From: Octopus vulgaris
Lineage: Eukaryota
NCBI GenBank assembly: GCA_951406725.2
Contig: OX597815.1
Location: forward strand, 142,352,001-142,416,000
DNA length: 64,000 nt
Direction: 5' to 3'
This document shows, piece by piece, positions 39,800 through 55,300 of this stretch (position 1 is its first letter; the number at the start of each line of letters is the position of its first letter). Made by a program: the position numbers and the translations under genes. The notes below the pieces were generated by a model. The model was not told where the DNA came from. It searched no databases and saw nothing but the letters and a program-made list of their open reading frames with translations.

Positions 39800-42710
39800 A
39801 AGTATTAGCAGACGGGCATCCAGTAGCCATGATCTAGATGCGGCGCGGCCCCCTTAGTGTGTAAGATGTTACGGACTGAAACACTTGCCTGCGCAGGATT
39901 TCTTCTCCGAAGACTTTCTGCTACTCAGCACTCTTGATACTTTCTTATCATTGGTACTTGCCTTGACCATTGACTTCTGGTAAGAGGCCCGAGGACGACT
40001 AGGAAAGGCGGGATAACACAAGAAAGATTAGATAAAAGGGCTGTGAGAGTTATCTCCCCACCTTGACATTATTATTATTATATGGCTAAGGAGTTCCAGC
40101 AATGAAAAATATTCTAAGGATTCACCGAAAGGAGAGAATGAAGAATCAATTGGTAAAATATTCCTTACGATCAGGAATCCACATCGGACTATGAATACAA
40201 GAAATGAAATTCCCATGTGTCACCCCTGGCATTAAGATCCGCATCTCGGAAAAGGGATGAGCAAGAACTCTATTAAATTAACAGGAGCACATTGCTCTAG
40301 CATACAATATGTCGGAAAATCAAGGCCAGGAGCCAAACCACAGTGCCAAGGATATCTATGTTGTTAATTTAGACGAGGAATTTGCACAGGCTCTTGATAA
40401 CGGACACTGTAAGCTCAGCTGCCGCCTGCAAGTGAAAACGAAGAATGGGAGTGAGTGGACCAGAAAATAGTCCAAAAACTGAATGTCCTTATAGGGAAGA
40501 GCACGCTGAAACACAAGCTAATCTCATTCGGGAACATTGTTTATATAATCTGCAGAAATGCTTATGGAGGAAGAGAGTCAAAAATGAAATCATCTCCCTA
40601 GAAATCCAGATGCCAGTGAACCATAGATAACATTCGGAAGAAAAAAAGGATTTCAAGAATCGCATGAAAGTTGTCTCAGCATTTGAGAAACAAGTATTAG
40701 AAAAATTCTGAAGAGACCTCAAACGGAGATATAGTGGCCCTCATCAAAGCAAATGCAAAAAAGAATTGAAGAAGCAGAAGGAAAAATATGAGATTTATTT
40801 TTCAGAGACTCGTTCCCATTATGTAGGAACCTACTCGAGCAACCAATCTCTGAGACGCTCACAGTAGATAAAGACGGTCTCGTACAGTATCTTAGAGAAA
40901 CAAATTCTGACTCACAGAGTGAAGTGGCACTCGCAATCTAGGCACCGGTGTGGCCTGCTCTGTTAGGGTAGTTTTTCAATGACAAGTCAGCAACACTGAG
41001 AGAAGTGAGGAAAGTGGCAAAGAAAGCCAGGGCCAAATCAGCACCAAGGTTAAACGAAATTCCCTATCGGTTGTACAGGAAATGTCTGTTTCCTTGAGAC
41101 TTCATAAATTAATAAATTCAGTATGTAAGAACTTGAAAATAAGCGACCAATGGATGAGAGCCGGAGCGTACATTCCGAAAGAGCAGAAATGAAGCGACAT
41201 CAGCCAATCCAGACCAATATCAATTCTGAACGTTGAAGGAAAATCATCTCTTATGGCAGCAAGGCAAATTAAATATCTTACATAAATTGAGTATTTGGAT
41301 ATGTCAGCTCAGAAGGGAGGCATTACTGGAATGCCAGGTTGTGTACAACATGCTTCAATGATTTGGGAACCAGAGTTAAAAAAAGAGAGATCTTTATGTG
41401 CTATGACACCATCTGGCTCATGAATACGGTTGGCTCCACACAAAATGTTCTCTATACAATTTTCTACCAAAGAATATACAAGTGACTGGATCAATTTAGA
41501 AGCGGGCATAGCTATGTACTGTGTAATCTCGCCTGTGGAAGTCATCCTGGAGGCAGCAGTGTGATGGTCTGGTTTGCTCCAAAGAACTTGGAGAGAGATT
41601 TTGGACGCCATCTCTAAGAGCTTTCATGGACAACACTACATCCTTTTCCCAAAGGAGGATGAAATACGGAAGAGGATGAAGCCACTTGGCGAGGCAGGCA
41701 CATCTTTCAGAATGACATTGAAACAAAAGAAACATCTGCGGTAAGTGGAATTAGCGAAAATAGTTGTATTCACTGTAGCCAGCAAAAATATCCCAACAGT
41801 TGCAGAGGAACAAGTCAAATGCTTCAGAATTGGGTATTACGACAGCCTTTAAGATACGAAAAGGGTAAACGAAACCAAGCAAATGGTGGGAAAAGGTTTG
41901 CAGGTCATTGAGAATGTGACTTCTCTCACAAATACAAGGTTTGATGTTTACAGTTCATATCAATCCCCAAGCTCACGATCAGAGAAAGAATGGGACACAC
42001 TCAGATTAATGGGCAGAGACAGAGCCTAACAAAATTTGAATGGTACTCAGAGATCACGGGTAAGATAAAGAGAAATCTGATTCTGCAGATTCTGCAGGAG
42101 GTGAAAAAGGAAGAAGATGCCATAAGAATTCGAGAGGCAACCAGCAGAGGAAATCAAGGTAGTGGGACGGTGCACTCTAGAAGTGTCTCAACCGGAACGA
42201 CTTGCGGCATAAGGCACCTCTTAGAATAATTTTTATTCTGTGATCTGCCTATGATACCCTGCCTTGGAATATGCATCTAGAAAAGTGGAGCAAATGAGAT
42301 ATTTTTGAGTGCCTACTCTGCCGGGGTGGCCAGACAACAGAACACGTTCTGAGCTCCTGCAGAGTTGCACTAGCCCAAGGAAGATTCACGTGGCGGCACA
42401 AACATTTGCTTAAAGAGATAGTACACGTTATAAGTATGTTAAGAGTGAATTGAGAATCTCCAGCATTTTACACTGAAAGAGGCAGAAAAGCAAGGTCAAA
42501 ACCAGCCAGCCATGCCATACGTGGCACTGGAATGAAGTGTTGTGATTGGTGCGGATGACTGGGAGTGGTTAGCACACCTCCCAGAATCACCAGAACAATC
42601 GGAAATCAGACCGAAGATCGTACTCCATCGCAGCAACTGATTTTGATTGAAATCACAGTGATTTTGAGTAGAATAAAATTAAGCACATGGGTTTAAGTCT
42701 GAAATATATG
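39800..42710 (+). mobile_element. Near full-length degenerate RLE-type non-LTR retrotransposon (HERO/NeSL-like, R2 superclade)
   Basis: Frameshifted motifs: KKARAKSAPR..IPYRLYRKC, IPKEQK..RPISILNVEGK, QKGGITGMPGC..MIWE, DWINLEAGIAM, LRAFMDNTT (FMDD), CLLCRGGQTTEHVLSSCRVALAQGRFTWRH (CCHC), RPKIVL..LIEITV (RLE). Clade assigned by recognition. Confidence 0.85.
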
Positions 42711-42719
42711 CTAAGTGTG

Positions 42720-45385
42720 GCCATCATATATCCTTTTATGCGTTTCAACCCAAAGGTTTTGGCGATGCCAGAGTACAGCTAGTATCATCAACTCTACAGT
42801 GGCCATTCTCATATCATTGGCTCTTGTTTCAGTTTCTTGTGCTATAGCTTTATCTGGAATGTTCAACAGCAGAATTTGAAGATATTTCTTGAAAATATCT
42901 ATCTCCACTCCATGTAGGTCTCACGCCTTTTTGAGAAGATATGAAACAGGTGCTGATCTTGGAATCCCAATCTATTTAAGTAATTAGTCCTTTTCATTGG
43001 CCTGATTGTTATTATGTTTGGAACAGTACAGTAGCGTGAGGGCTGGTATAACTATTGACGTCAACGTTTGGTGCCAGCCCCTCAAGGTCTTCCATATACA
43101 TATACATATATATCATTGCATATTTTCTCCTGTTTTCGCTCCTGGTTGTAGAGTCCTACTTTTTTCAGTCTCTCCTAGGATCTCAAATGTTTCTTTGATG
43201 CAAACTTCTTAGTGTGCCAACGTTGAGTTGAACTATTTCGAGTTCCGCTATTAAACTAACACTTTGGAGTGACCATAGTTGAGTGTCATAGTCTAGATGG
43301 CTGAGGAAAAGTGTTCTCTATAGAACTAGTATACTTTTGTGCTCCCTTACTCTGAAAGTTATTAGAATCCATGCAGTCAGTCGCCATCACACAATAACAT
43401 AATCGTGATGATATGCATATGCAACAAAGAATCGTTGCTCAGATTAATCCCTAAGTGACACACTTCGTTTCAATTAGGAACCTATGTTCCTGTTAGCCCA
43501 AAATTTGTTACCGTGTGTTAGCATAATCTAGTTGATAGTGGAAGAACTGAACATGCTGAGCATTAAATTAGATGTTGTTTTCTTCAATGTATAGAACATC
43601 TAGATATTTCTGTAGAAGATTAGCATCGAGATAGCCTCGAAGGAATTCGTAACTGCTTGTGCAACTTTTGCGTGATCTGCATAGCTAGTAAGATTGCCTA
43701 CCTGTATAACTGAAATCATGTCAGTAAAAGCCATCCCCCATCCCCATCCCACCAAAAACAACGGCAGCAGAGAGACAGCTCCTTGGAGAGGGTTCCATTG
43801 GCTACTACAACCTGCTTTCTGTCTTTTAAGAAATGATGTAATCACTATGGCAACTCCTTGTAACTTGTCCGTGAGCAACCATTTCAAATCGAGATATATC
43901 ACATCAACATATGAGCGGTTGATTATTCAGCACACAGTCACATTGATGCAGGCGCTGAACAGCTGATTAAGGCAACTTCTTCCGAAGCGGAAGTTACATT
44001 AGGAGTGAGAGAGTAAGTTATTCTCTTCCCCGAACCTAATTAACTACTCACTGACAATTTGTTCCATGACTTTGCTAATATGTTTGTTTAGAAAGATAGG
44101 CGTATAATTTTTAGCTTTTCTCCTTTATGGGTAATGCATAGTATGCACCCCTATAATCTTCGGAGAGGTTTACCACTCGCGAGAATGTATAGAATGTGGA
44201 TCGGTAATGGCCTTGAAAGTTTTCCACATTCTAACAAGGATTTGGGGGAATCTTATCGGAACCGCTAGCCGAGATTTAAGCTCATGTTATCTATGTCCGA
44301 TATTAAATCAGTTCCAATTTTTCTGATGTAATCGACAATTTGTCTCGTCATGTAGTGCTATAGTGGCAAAGAACTCGCCTGCTAATATTTATTTGCTAGC
44401 GTTCTAACAGTGATGTGAAAACATACGTATTGCATATTTAGTATTTCACTTATCTTTTAGAGGTCCACAGTTAGTGAGCCATTTTCTTCGAAAACTGGCC
44501 CTCGCCTTATGCCATACTAAAGGAAACTCATTTGTGAGCCTATAGAAGGCTTTAGAGCATGTCTTGTCATTCCTACAGACATATCTTCTTTTTCTGTCTT
44601 CTTTTCCTGGGAGATTTGGGTTCATTTTCAGTATCAAAAAGCGCTCGTTTCGGATAGGATTCCTCACTATACGCCCGTTGCTCATTCACACGATTGTTCA
44701 TCATCTCACTTCAATTTTCCAGGCTTTCAGGATTGTGTTCTCTTGATTTTATATTCTCTCTGTGGAGAATTTATTGCATATATCGTGTATGACTGTCATA
44801 ATTTGATGTAGCTTTATGCTACTACTATGTGCAGAGAAATTGTCAGACCAGTTTCTTAATACTATTCCAATTAGTATTATGAATGGTCAAGCTGGGAAAG
44901 AGTTGGTTGCTTTTGGTAGGTTGTGTCTCAGCACTTTCCCTTATACGATATATTGTTAATTCTACAAAGTTATGATCCGAGATCGTTGGTGTCACTTTAA
45001 GATTATAGATCAACACCGTTTCATTAGTGAGACACAGCTCTAGGACATATTTAAGCCTTGGGTGGTGTACAATTTACTTCATGAATAACAAGTTCGTAAG
45101 GTTAATGAGAGACTCTGCCTAGCTATGCTCATGCAGTAACCTAAGAGGAGGAGGCGCTCATACCATTCAGCTTTGATGTGATTACAGGCCCCTAGTGGTG
45201 AAGATTGTTATTTAGGTCGATTTGTAACACTTCCCTGTTTTTGAAGCGATCTTCGAATGAGATCCCATGATTTGAAGCATCTGGTTGGCAATAGGTTGAA
45301 TATCTTACCATTTTCATTCGTATTATGTGTAATATGTATGCCACTGACTGAGTTTGAATGCGATCGCAAGATTATAGGACTATAT
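42720..45385 (-). mobile_element. Degenerate APE-RT LINE (CR1/L2 group)
   Basis: APE end VLELCLTN..VTPTISDHNFVEL (about 44960-45060). RT motifs: KNYTPIFLT (NYRPISLT), NFRFGRSCLNQL, DVIYLDL, LQGAVS (PQGSVL), LTSYADH (YADD). Confidence 0.85.
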
Positions 45386-45427
45386 CGATAAACTGATATT
45401 AGATAAGTAGGTAGGCATGTTGTTAGG

Positions 45428-45461
<34 letters not shown>

Positions 45462-45462
45462 T

Positions 45463-45528
<66 letters not shown>

Positions 45529-48330
45529 GCGCCTGGTTATTTGATTATGCATATGTAACTGCATATAATGCGTCATGACAATAAAACAAGCCGACATTTA
45601 AACTCACACTCGTCGATATATTCCCTCAATGTTGTATTTTCCGATTACAAAGCAATCCAAACAACTATCAGTTTTATCCCTGTCATTGATTGATAAAGTG
45701 TGAGAGTGATGTAGATTATCAGTGAAACCCATTGGTAATGATTCTGCTATTACTCTGATAGTGGTATGTGGAAAAAAGCTAGGGGGAAATATCAGTAGGT
45801 GGTTGGTGGGTTTTTATATGTATATCTGAGTGTTTGTTGTGGGATTGATTACATCGCTTCTGTGGTATATCATGAATAAATGCTTGAAATACCGCTGCAT
45901 AAGTATAAATCATAAAACTATTGTTCTCTAAGCCTTCAGATCTAGTTGTCGGATCGAATTTGCAGTATTCCTTTGTTAATCTGATATTGGTTTGTTTTCA
46001 CTATACATGCTTCAATAGTTTGCAATATTGACTCAAAGATCTTTTCTGTTTATCATTGGTGTTTAGCCTCGTGTTTGAAGAAGAAGAAAAAAAACATACT
46101 ATTTTCCCTCTATAATAGAATTAATGCAATATCAAGGAAAGAAAATGACAAAAACATTGCATCTGGTACTATGTAATCTACTCACAAAGGTCCTGTTTTC
46201 CAAAGTTTATTAAATTCATATCCCGTACAAAAAACATACATTTATTACATGTTCAGACTACGCCATTGTTTTATGGAAATGTTAAAGACTATGCATTATC
46301 CTACTTACACGTAGATTTTTAATCATTATACGTATTCCTAAAAGAGTTGTCACAAATCAGGTTTGCCAGTAAATTAGACAATATTTCAAGGACGTAACTA
46401 TTTTAACCATATAATGTTCAGTTACTGATCAGTCTTCCCGGATTTTGCCACTTATGACTCAAATGAAAATTTTGTAAGCATTGCAACATTTCAATGCCAC
46501 TAATACCATATTACACATGACTAAAAATCTTCAAGTAAATATTTTAATGTGAGTATATTAATATGTCGATACCGATCATGATGAAAGTTTTACTGACAGG
46601 CAAAGGAAAGTATCGTTTGTTGAATACTGTTTTTCTGGTGTATTTAACTCAAAATATTTTCTATACTGAGAACAATAATTAAAATATTAAAATAAATGTT
46701 TTTATAGGGGATGATCAAAACTCCTAATCTTATGTTGATTTGAACTCATGAAAAGAAAATTCTAGACTGTTCGTAAAATTCGTAAAATTCTACTGTTCAA
46801 ATATCTTATTCGGCTTCATTGTGAGAGATAATTTAATTTCATTATAATTTGCTAACTGAAAAATAGCTACACATTAATGTATAGAAAACACTGAAATATA
46901 GGAAGATTACATATTAACATTGAAACGCCAGTCCAGAATACAGAGAAAAAGTATTTATTTGATTAGAAATGCAGCGATGAGTAAAATTTATGACGAAAAC
47001 TTTCTTTGCAATAACTTCAAAGAGCAAATAATTAATAACAAACAGAAATATAAAAGCTCTGATTAAATCTATTTATGCTTTACATTTAATAAATACGATT
47101 AGATTTATGTTCATTGAATACATACGTGTTTCTGCATACTGTGAAATTCGATTTTTGTTCGTAAATCGTATCAAGATATAAGAAGAAAAAAAAAGCATAA
47201 AACTGCACCAAACAAACAATTGTATATGACTTATGATTTACAATTCCTGGCCATATAGATTCTTGGCTGTGAATTGAGTTGTTTTCCCCATTTATAATGA
47301 ACAGAGAAATCCACATTGCACAAAACCAGAATACTTTTCAATTGCTTATGATTATTTTCATTCATTCTCTTACTCTGTAAATTATTTCTAGTTATAGAAA
47401 AATCTATTTGTACTGTATTTTTCTTTATATATGCGATTGTTTAGTTTTCAAAAACGTTTTCCATGAATACAATTGGAAGAATCAACAATGACTTTTTTTT
47501 CTGAAATTTTAGATGTTTTATTCGATATATTTATTAAATTTGGCACAAATCCGTTTAATATTTACTTCTTTCAATAATCATTCGAAAATTTTTATTAGAA
47601 TTTACTATGGAGAAATACAATTCAATATCGATGAATGCTTGTTGTTTTCGATATAAACAATACAGCCTCTTATGTAAGCATGTGTATGTGTGTGTGTGTG
47701 TGTGTGTGCGTGTTCCTTGGTTATGTTTGTACGTGTACGTGTGTAGTGCAAGAATTTGACTGGAGATGTTCAACTGTAAATGCGTATAACAATGCTAGCA
47801 TATGTACCAGCACGTGTTAAGGAATTCAGTGTGTATACATATATAGTTGAATATATATGTATATAAATTTCAAGGAATGGAAATGTGTTAGTGTGCATGT
47901 GTATCGATTATTGACAATATATATAATTATCAATGAAGAGGTGGGTAGCCAGAGAGATGCTTTAGATAATATTGTAAACAATGAGTGAATCTTTCAATGT
48001 TATTCTGTATAGACTGATATCATACTTCAGGTAAAATTCTTTAGAAATATTTCTACAGGATAATAATGGCATTTTTGATCCTTTATCTAGGTTCCCCTTA
48101 TGTTCTCACAGAAAACGGTATTATAAATATTACCCTTATTTTTCATAAGCAATTATAGATGCATAGGTATCTAAGCAAAATGCAAAGCATTCAGGGTACG
48201 TAATGTACGAATCAATGCTCCGACTAACTGTGAACCAGCATTTATTGGTGCTATTTTGTTCGTTTCACATTGTTGTCATTGCATATTCTTAAACTAGAAT
48301 CAAAGCAGTAAGATAAGTATACCTTGAATA

Positions 48331-48390
<60 letters not shown>

Positions 48391-48482
48391 GGAGGGAAGA
48401 AGAGCAGAGAGAGATACATCCACATACGCATGGAGGCACACATGCACACGATGTATATAAATATATATATATATGTATAAAC

Positions 48483-48515
<33 letters not shown>

Positions 48516-48550
48516 TTTATATATATTTATGTATGTATATATATATGTGT

Positions 48551-48596
<46 letters not shown>

Positions 48597-48617
48597 TGTA
48601 CATATACATCATATAAT

Positions 48618-48653
<36 letters not shown>

Positions 48654-48673
48654 GTATATGTATATTATATGTG

Positions 48674-48733
<60 letters not shown>

Positions 48734-48799
48734 TTGTGTGTGCGTCTGTGGATATGTGAATGTATCCCACTCTGTTTTCTCCCTCTCTTTATCTATCTA

Positions 48800-48866
<67 letters not shown>

Positions 48867-48891
48867 GTATATATGTATGTATATATATATA

Positions 48892-49020
48892 GTAATTGCA
48901 GATTTCTTAGTAGTTTAGCATAGGTTTTTTTCTTTTTCACTGATCTTCAGCCTTATGTCAACATTTGCTGGGCAGCTAATTTCCACAACTTTGTACAGGT
49001 CTATTGTGCGTACATTTTAG
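48892..49020 (-). mobile_element. Short RLE-LINE fragment, same family as 55610-56335
   Basis: TGCAGATTTCT..TGATCTTC..AACATTTGCTGGGCAGCTAATT..CACAAC shared with 55795-55940. Confidence 0.8.
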
Positions 49021-49021
49021 T

Positions 49022-49145
49022 GAGGGTGTGTTGATGTCCCCGTAACTTAGCGGTTCGGCAAAAGAAACCGATGCCAAAAGTACAAAGGGTAAGTCCTGCG
49101 GTCGGTTTGTTCGACTAAAGACTGTGCTACAGCATGGCCGAAGTG
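49022..49145 (+). mobile_element. SINE family A, 3' fragment
   Basis: GTCCCCGTAACTTAGCGGTTCGGCAAAAGAAACCGAT..CAGCATGGCCG. Confidence 0.85.
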
Positions 49146-49923
49146 ATATCTGCAACACGTAAAGGAATATGTTAGGTGTTGAATGTGACTTCAGACTTTG
49201 CCTATTTCGAAGTTACATTTATCTGTCTGAACTTAACGTGAGATGTGTAAACCTGGAAATCATATTGAAATAATAAATTCTACTCCCCATCAGGAATGAA
49301 TCCTTTGACAAGTAAAGGCAATAGTTATTAATTATGTAACAACATGAACAGTTATATACTCATATGTATATCTACATATACAAGCCCTCACGCGCGCTTA
49401 CATACACAAACATACATACTTACATCATCACTTAGAGTTATTTATATGAAGGCTTAAGTCTTAGCGATTCATATAGTGGCAATTATTGTTAATCCTATAT
49501 TTTCAATTATTTAACTACATAAATCATACTTCGAACATCATTTCCAATATATTTCCAGCATTTACAACGTGAGTACTGAAATATTTTTCATTTTCGATAT
49601 AACCTAATAACTTGATGACAAACGTTCCATGTAAAATGAATATATATGTACAGAGCTATTTTTATTACGATTGCAGTTGAAGTCTGTCTTATATTAATTT
49701 TTAATAGCAAACATGTATATAATCTGTTCTGATTTCAGGATTTGCTTACACGTATAGCCTTTATTACAGATCGATACATACAGATACATAGAGGTACATA
49801 TATATGTGCGCATACTTCGTCTGTGTGTGTGTGTCTGTCTGTCTGTCTCTCTCTCTCTCACATACTCACTCTCAAATATATATATATATATATATATATA
49901 TCGAGAGAGAGAGAGATAGACAT

Positions 49924-50087
<164 letters not shown>

Positions 50088-52964
50088 ATAAATAGATATG
50101 CACAGACTTACACACATTTGACTGTGTGTGAATGTAGATACGGAATATTCTAGATATTGAAGTGTGCATATGTATTTCCATTTTCATTTATGGCTATATG
50201 AATATATATGCAAATGTTTTACTAGTACATCACGCGGACATTTTGGAAATTCGTCGCATTATATAAAGACGAACCGAAATCTAGTAATTATTTCGAAATT
50301 CCCTGAGTAATTGCTGTACATTCAGTTGCTATAATGGCATACATACACTTTCATTAGAGCAACGAATAAACTTTTAAATATGCTCAATAATGTTTCCAAA
50401 GCCGGTAAAGAATGTGTCATGTTATTACTACATCCCTTGAAATATATATTTACTGTCGGCAATGTAATAACGTAACTTATATATACCAGTAAATGAATTT
50501 TCTGAAATGAAATCAAATCTTATCTCTAAATATGTATGCAAATCAGAAAGAGAGTTTTATTGTTGATCTTCTGCTTACTGGGCATTTGAATACTTTTACT
50601 TTTGCCTGTGCTACTTAGGAGGGAATTTTACAAGTAATCCTTTCGAAAGGTTGTATATAAATATACATGGTTATAAACTTGATAATGTATCATTCAAAGC
50701 GAATTTCGTGGGGGAAAATGTTTTGATTTAGATTATGATCACTATTTTATAGAAGTGGTTTCGGGAAATAATGGGGAAACTGAATAGCGAGAAGTTATAA
50801 GATTGCATGGAAATCAAATAGTTATGTTTTCATTGAACGTTAACTATAAATTAATGTTCAAATAGAATTTCTTCTGAAGTATGTGAATTATAAAATTGTT
50901 ACAAGGAAGCAATTATTCAATCGGATGAACCTACTTGAGATTATGAATACTGGTGTCATTGAATAAAATCGCCAGGAAAATGGGTAATGTTCACTCCAGT
51001 GAGATAGTAACTGAGAATGGAATGGGACATATCTAAGTATCAGAAGACAAAAATCATATTTTTCAACTCAGGTGTAGGCATCAAATACCCACCATGATTC
51101 ATCTGGAGAAAACTAGCACATTCCATTGTACAGTGAGTAAATTTATGAATAGATTTGACGTAACTGATTATATAATGGGACATAATTGATGAAAGACACA
51201 TACATATATGACATTTCACCTATACTATATTCTCAGTGGTTTATGATTGGTTCTGTTTTCGCACTATATGAAAGTGAAATTTTCCCTATATACATCGCTG
51301 AGAGATTCTATCACGAAACTTATACTCCAAGAGAAATGAGAACATCATTGAGAGCTAAAATCAAATATTAAGTATTCAGTTTGGTCCTCATGTAAAACTA
51401 CCAAAATATTTTCTTTTAGACATTTCATCGCAAAGGAGTAAACAAACCTTTATCAATTCTCTCGACTTGTAAAAAATACCAACCAAACCCTTATGGAATC
51501 ATTCTAACCGACTTTAGAAATAAATGATCCAGGGATGTAACAATGGATATACAAATAGGCAGAATGTACAGGAGCAAAATAGCGTTGATGGAAGGTCTGC
51601 TCTATGATGGCAACCCTGAAATTAACAAAAACTAAGTGAGCAACATGCAAAAGTGGACCGTAGATTTACTATACAGATGAGTGAGATGTGCAACAGATAA
51701 TTACTAAAAGTAATTTAGGGGACTCACATATTTTTACCTCCTCAGTTGTCATTGAATTTTGAGCGTGACTACACTCTTCGAAACATAAACCATGGAAATT
51801 ATACCATTCACAGAGAATCTGTGAAGATCCTGGATGCTTATACTGGAGACCAAACTAATAATATAATAATAGTCTCCCATCCCTTCGAAAGAGTAAGTTG
51901 CCACTGAGGTCATGTGTCTCTTTAGAAATTAGTTTATTTTACTGGTTCTCTCTTTGTAATATTTCCAAATTGGAGCATGACTTTGCCTGTGTCGCCGACT
52001 ACATCGACCGCAAAATATGAAATACAAGTGGATAAGAGCATTATTTCAACTGAGAACATATTTCTTTCAATGCATTTTCCAAGCTTTACGTATTGTACAA
52101 ACCGCCAGCCATTTATATATTTTAAAGATTATATTTTTCTATATCTCTGAAGTCAGTTTACATCCACCCACTTAAATATCCATTGAAACCTGTAAAATAA
52201 TTATCATGAACGAAATCTTAGTTTCCGAAATCATATAATCCAGGAGGCATCGGTATTAGATTGGTGTATTTTCCGCAACATATTCAGCTTCAGTACTAAA
52301 GAAGATTCAAATTGCTTATGTATAAAATATTAATTGATTAATATGATGCTCATACATTTAGAATATAGCCATATGTAAGTATCTAACTTTGATATTCAGT
52401 ATGTTGGGAATAAAAGGTAGCCGTGCTGAAAATTATGTTTTGGTTCTGATGCTTTGACGTTTATGCAATTTAGAAAATGAATGAAACCGTTATTTCTATA
52501 TCCACAGGCAATGCTGAATTTTCTTTCGGTTTAAGATCAAAGCAAATAATTCATGCTTAAGTCAACACACAATGAATGTAGATTTCAGATGTTGCACAAT
52601 ATTAAATTAGCTTCATGTTAAAAACTTCTCCTTTCACAATCAGTGTAATATCATATAATGCACATGCTATTACCGAGGGATATATTCTGGCTTGTTCTTC
52701 TTCTAATGAAGGAATCGGCTAAGTTCCTTCCAACTAGACTGTGTTTAACTAATACACTTTAGATAGCCAGACCGAAAATCGATTGATTTCAGCAGGGATT
52801 GCTAAGATCTCTTAACAATGATGCTAATAAAATATCACTTTATCTATTAATGTGACATGCTATTATATTTTATGCAGCAGCTCATACATCTTTTGCACTG
52901 CATATTTTCTACCTCTATTTCTCCATAAACAGAGAGACACACGGACACAGATACAGAGACACAT

Positions 52965-53096
<132 letters not shown>

Positions 53097-53496
53097 TAAT
53101 AGATAGATAGATAGATATAGATATAGATATAGATATTGATATAGATATTGATAATCAAATAGATAAATACATAGATATACACATAATATACACAGGTATT
53201 TGTGTAACATTCTACGTTTTTTTTTTTCCATCTTTATTTTCGTATACATTCGCTGCTTTCTTCAAAGGAATCTAATGTACTTAGCTTAGTTTTTCCTTAA
53301 AGCTAGCCAGATTGGAACAATCTCTAGTAGAACCAGCCGAAATTGCAAATATGATCTGGAACTTGACTGAGGAAAGAAAACTCCGAATGACCCGTCCCTG
53401 TTTTCTTTGTATCGTCTACCCGGATGTTTAGTTGTCCCTTTTTGTGTCATCTAACTCTCTCGATGTTTTGCGTTCTTGCCCCCCATTTTGTATTAG

Positions 53497-53530
<34 letters not shown>

Positions 53531-53620
53531 CTGTGTGTGTGCGTATGTGTGTGTGTGTGTGTGCGTGTGTGTGTGTATGTATGCATGTATTTATATATAT
53601 ATATGTATATATATATGTAC

Positions 53621-53687
<67 letters not shown>

Positions 53688-53739
53688 TATACATGAATAT
53701 TTACATACACACACATATACATATATATGAGCAGACATC

Positions 53740-55300
53740 TTTTACCTTTTACTTGTTACAGTCAACGGAATGCTACAATACTGGGGCACCGTCTTGGAGG
53801 GATTATGGATCTTAGTTCATAGATTTTAAAGGCTGATAATTATAATAACGAATACCTGTATTACAGAGACAGACTGGTTGTCAAGTGGCAGTGGGGAACA
53901 GACGCAAGAGAGACAGACCGACACACACACCACATACACACACACACACAGACACATATGCACTTATATATTGGGTTACCCATAAATAATGCGTTTTTAA
54001 TACTTCTTTTATTTTTCACAATTAAGATAAGCAAATTTGTTTCTGAATCTAAAATATAATTTCCTCCAATGTTTACAATGCTCTTCCACCTATCTGGTAT
54101 AGTTGCAAGGCTCCTTTTCCAAAATTCAATTGTCCGTGATGAAAAGTACTCCTCCAGTACTGTTTTTACCGCGTGTAGAGAGTTCATATTTTCCGTCCAA
54201 ATGATAATCAGATGGGGCAATGTCTGGCGAATATGATGGGTGGGCCATCGTTTCTCGCTCAAACTGATCCAGTCTTTGGAATATCATCCTCGATGAATGT
54301 GGCCGGCCATTTTCCTGATCTAAGAACACAATTTCGTCTTGAAAACAAAGATGGTCGTTTTCCTTCGAACGCCGATTTAAGCCGCTCTAGCTGCTCGTTG
54401 TAGATCTCCTTTGTTATCGTTTGGTTTGTGTTTAAAAATTCAAAGTAGACAAAACCTTTCATATCCCACCCAACAGATAACACCTTACGTGGGTGAAGAA
54501 ATTCTTTAGCCTGCGGTAAAGTTGTCTCACTTTTCAACACCCACTGTCTTTGGCACTGGAAATTTTGTATAGAGGGCCCATCCTCACCACCCACTATTCG
54601 GTGCAAAAAAAGATTCGTTCGTGAGACTGACATGAAAGAAGAGCACAGATTCACTTTCTGTGCGTGATTAGACTCGAAAATAGCGTGAAGAATAATTTGA
54701 TCCACTTCTCCGATGTGACGTAAGTGTCAATGAACGGTTGAAAGACCAAATCCATACTTCTCTGCTAGTCCTGAACAATTACGTTGGGATTTTATTCCAC
54801 TAGGATTTGCAGGACGTCCTCGTCGAACTCTGCAAATGTTCCAGGACGAGGCTCATCCAGGATGTAGTTTCCGGCTTGGAATTTCCGGAATCATCGTTGA
54901 AACTGGTTTACGCGTATTGTGCGATCATCACATACTGCATTAACATTCAACACACTTTCTGTTTCGTTGTAGCCTTTCTTGAATTCATAAAGCAAAATAT
55001 GCCGGATATGCTACAAATATATCATGTAAGTCTACCTCCGGTATAGGAGTACTATTTCCACATTATGTTTCACATTATGTGCTTACTTTTATATATATAT
55101 ATACGTATGTGGGTGTGAATGCCCCACTCCGTGTATGTGTGTGTGCGTGCGTGTAAGATATAATTTCCTCAGTTTTCGTCTAGCAAATTTTCACACATGA
55201 AATTGATCAGCCTGCGACTATAATAGAAAAAGATCAACCCAAAGTGTTGTGCAGCGGTACTGAACCTCAAACCACATGGTTATAAATCGAACTTCTTAAG
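53740..55300 (-). mobile_element. SINE family A (tail 53740-53925, head 55165-55300) hosting a mariner in its microsatellite middle
   Basis: Tail CTGGGGCACCGTCTTG..GGTTGTCAAG. Head CAGTTTTCGTCTAGCAAA..ACTGAACCTCAAACCACATGGTT. Confidence 0.7.
53971..55070 (-). mobile_element. Mariner (DD34D) transposon, degenerate; only the 3' TIR is recognisable
   Basis: TA + TTGGGTTACCCATAAATAATGCGTTTTT. HPRKVLSVGWDMKGFVYFEFL, YNEQLERLK, QENGRPH, HPSYSPDIAPSDYHL, PDRWKSIVNIGGNYILD. Confidence 0.93.
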
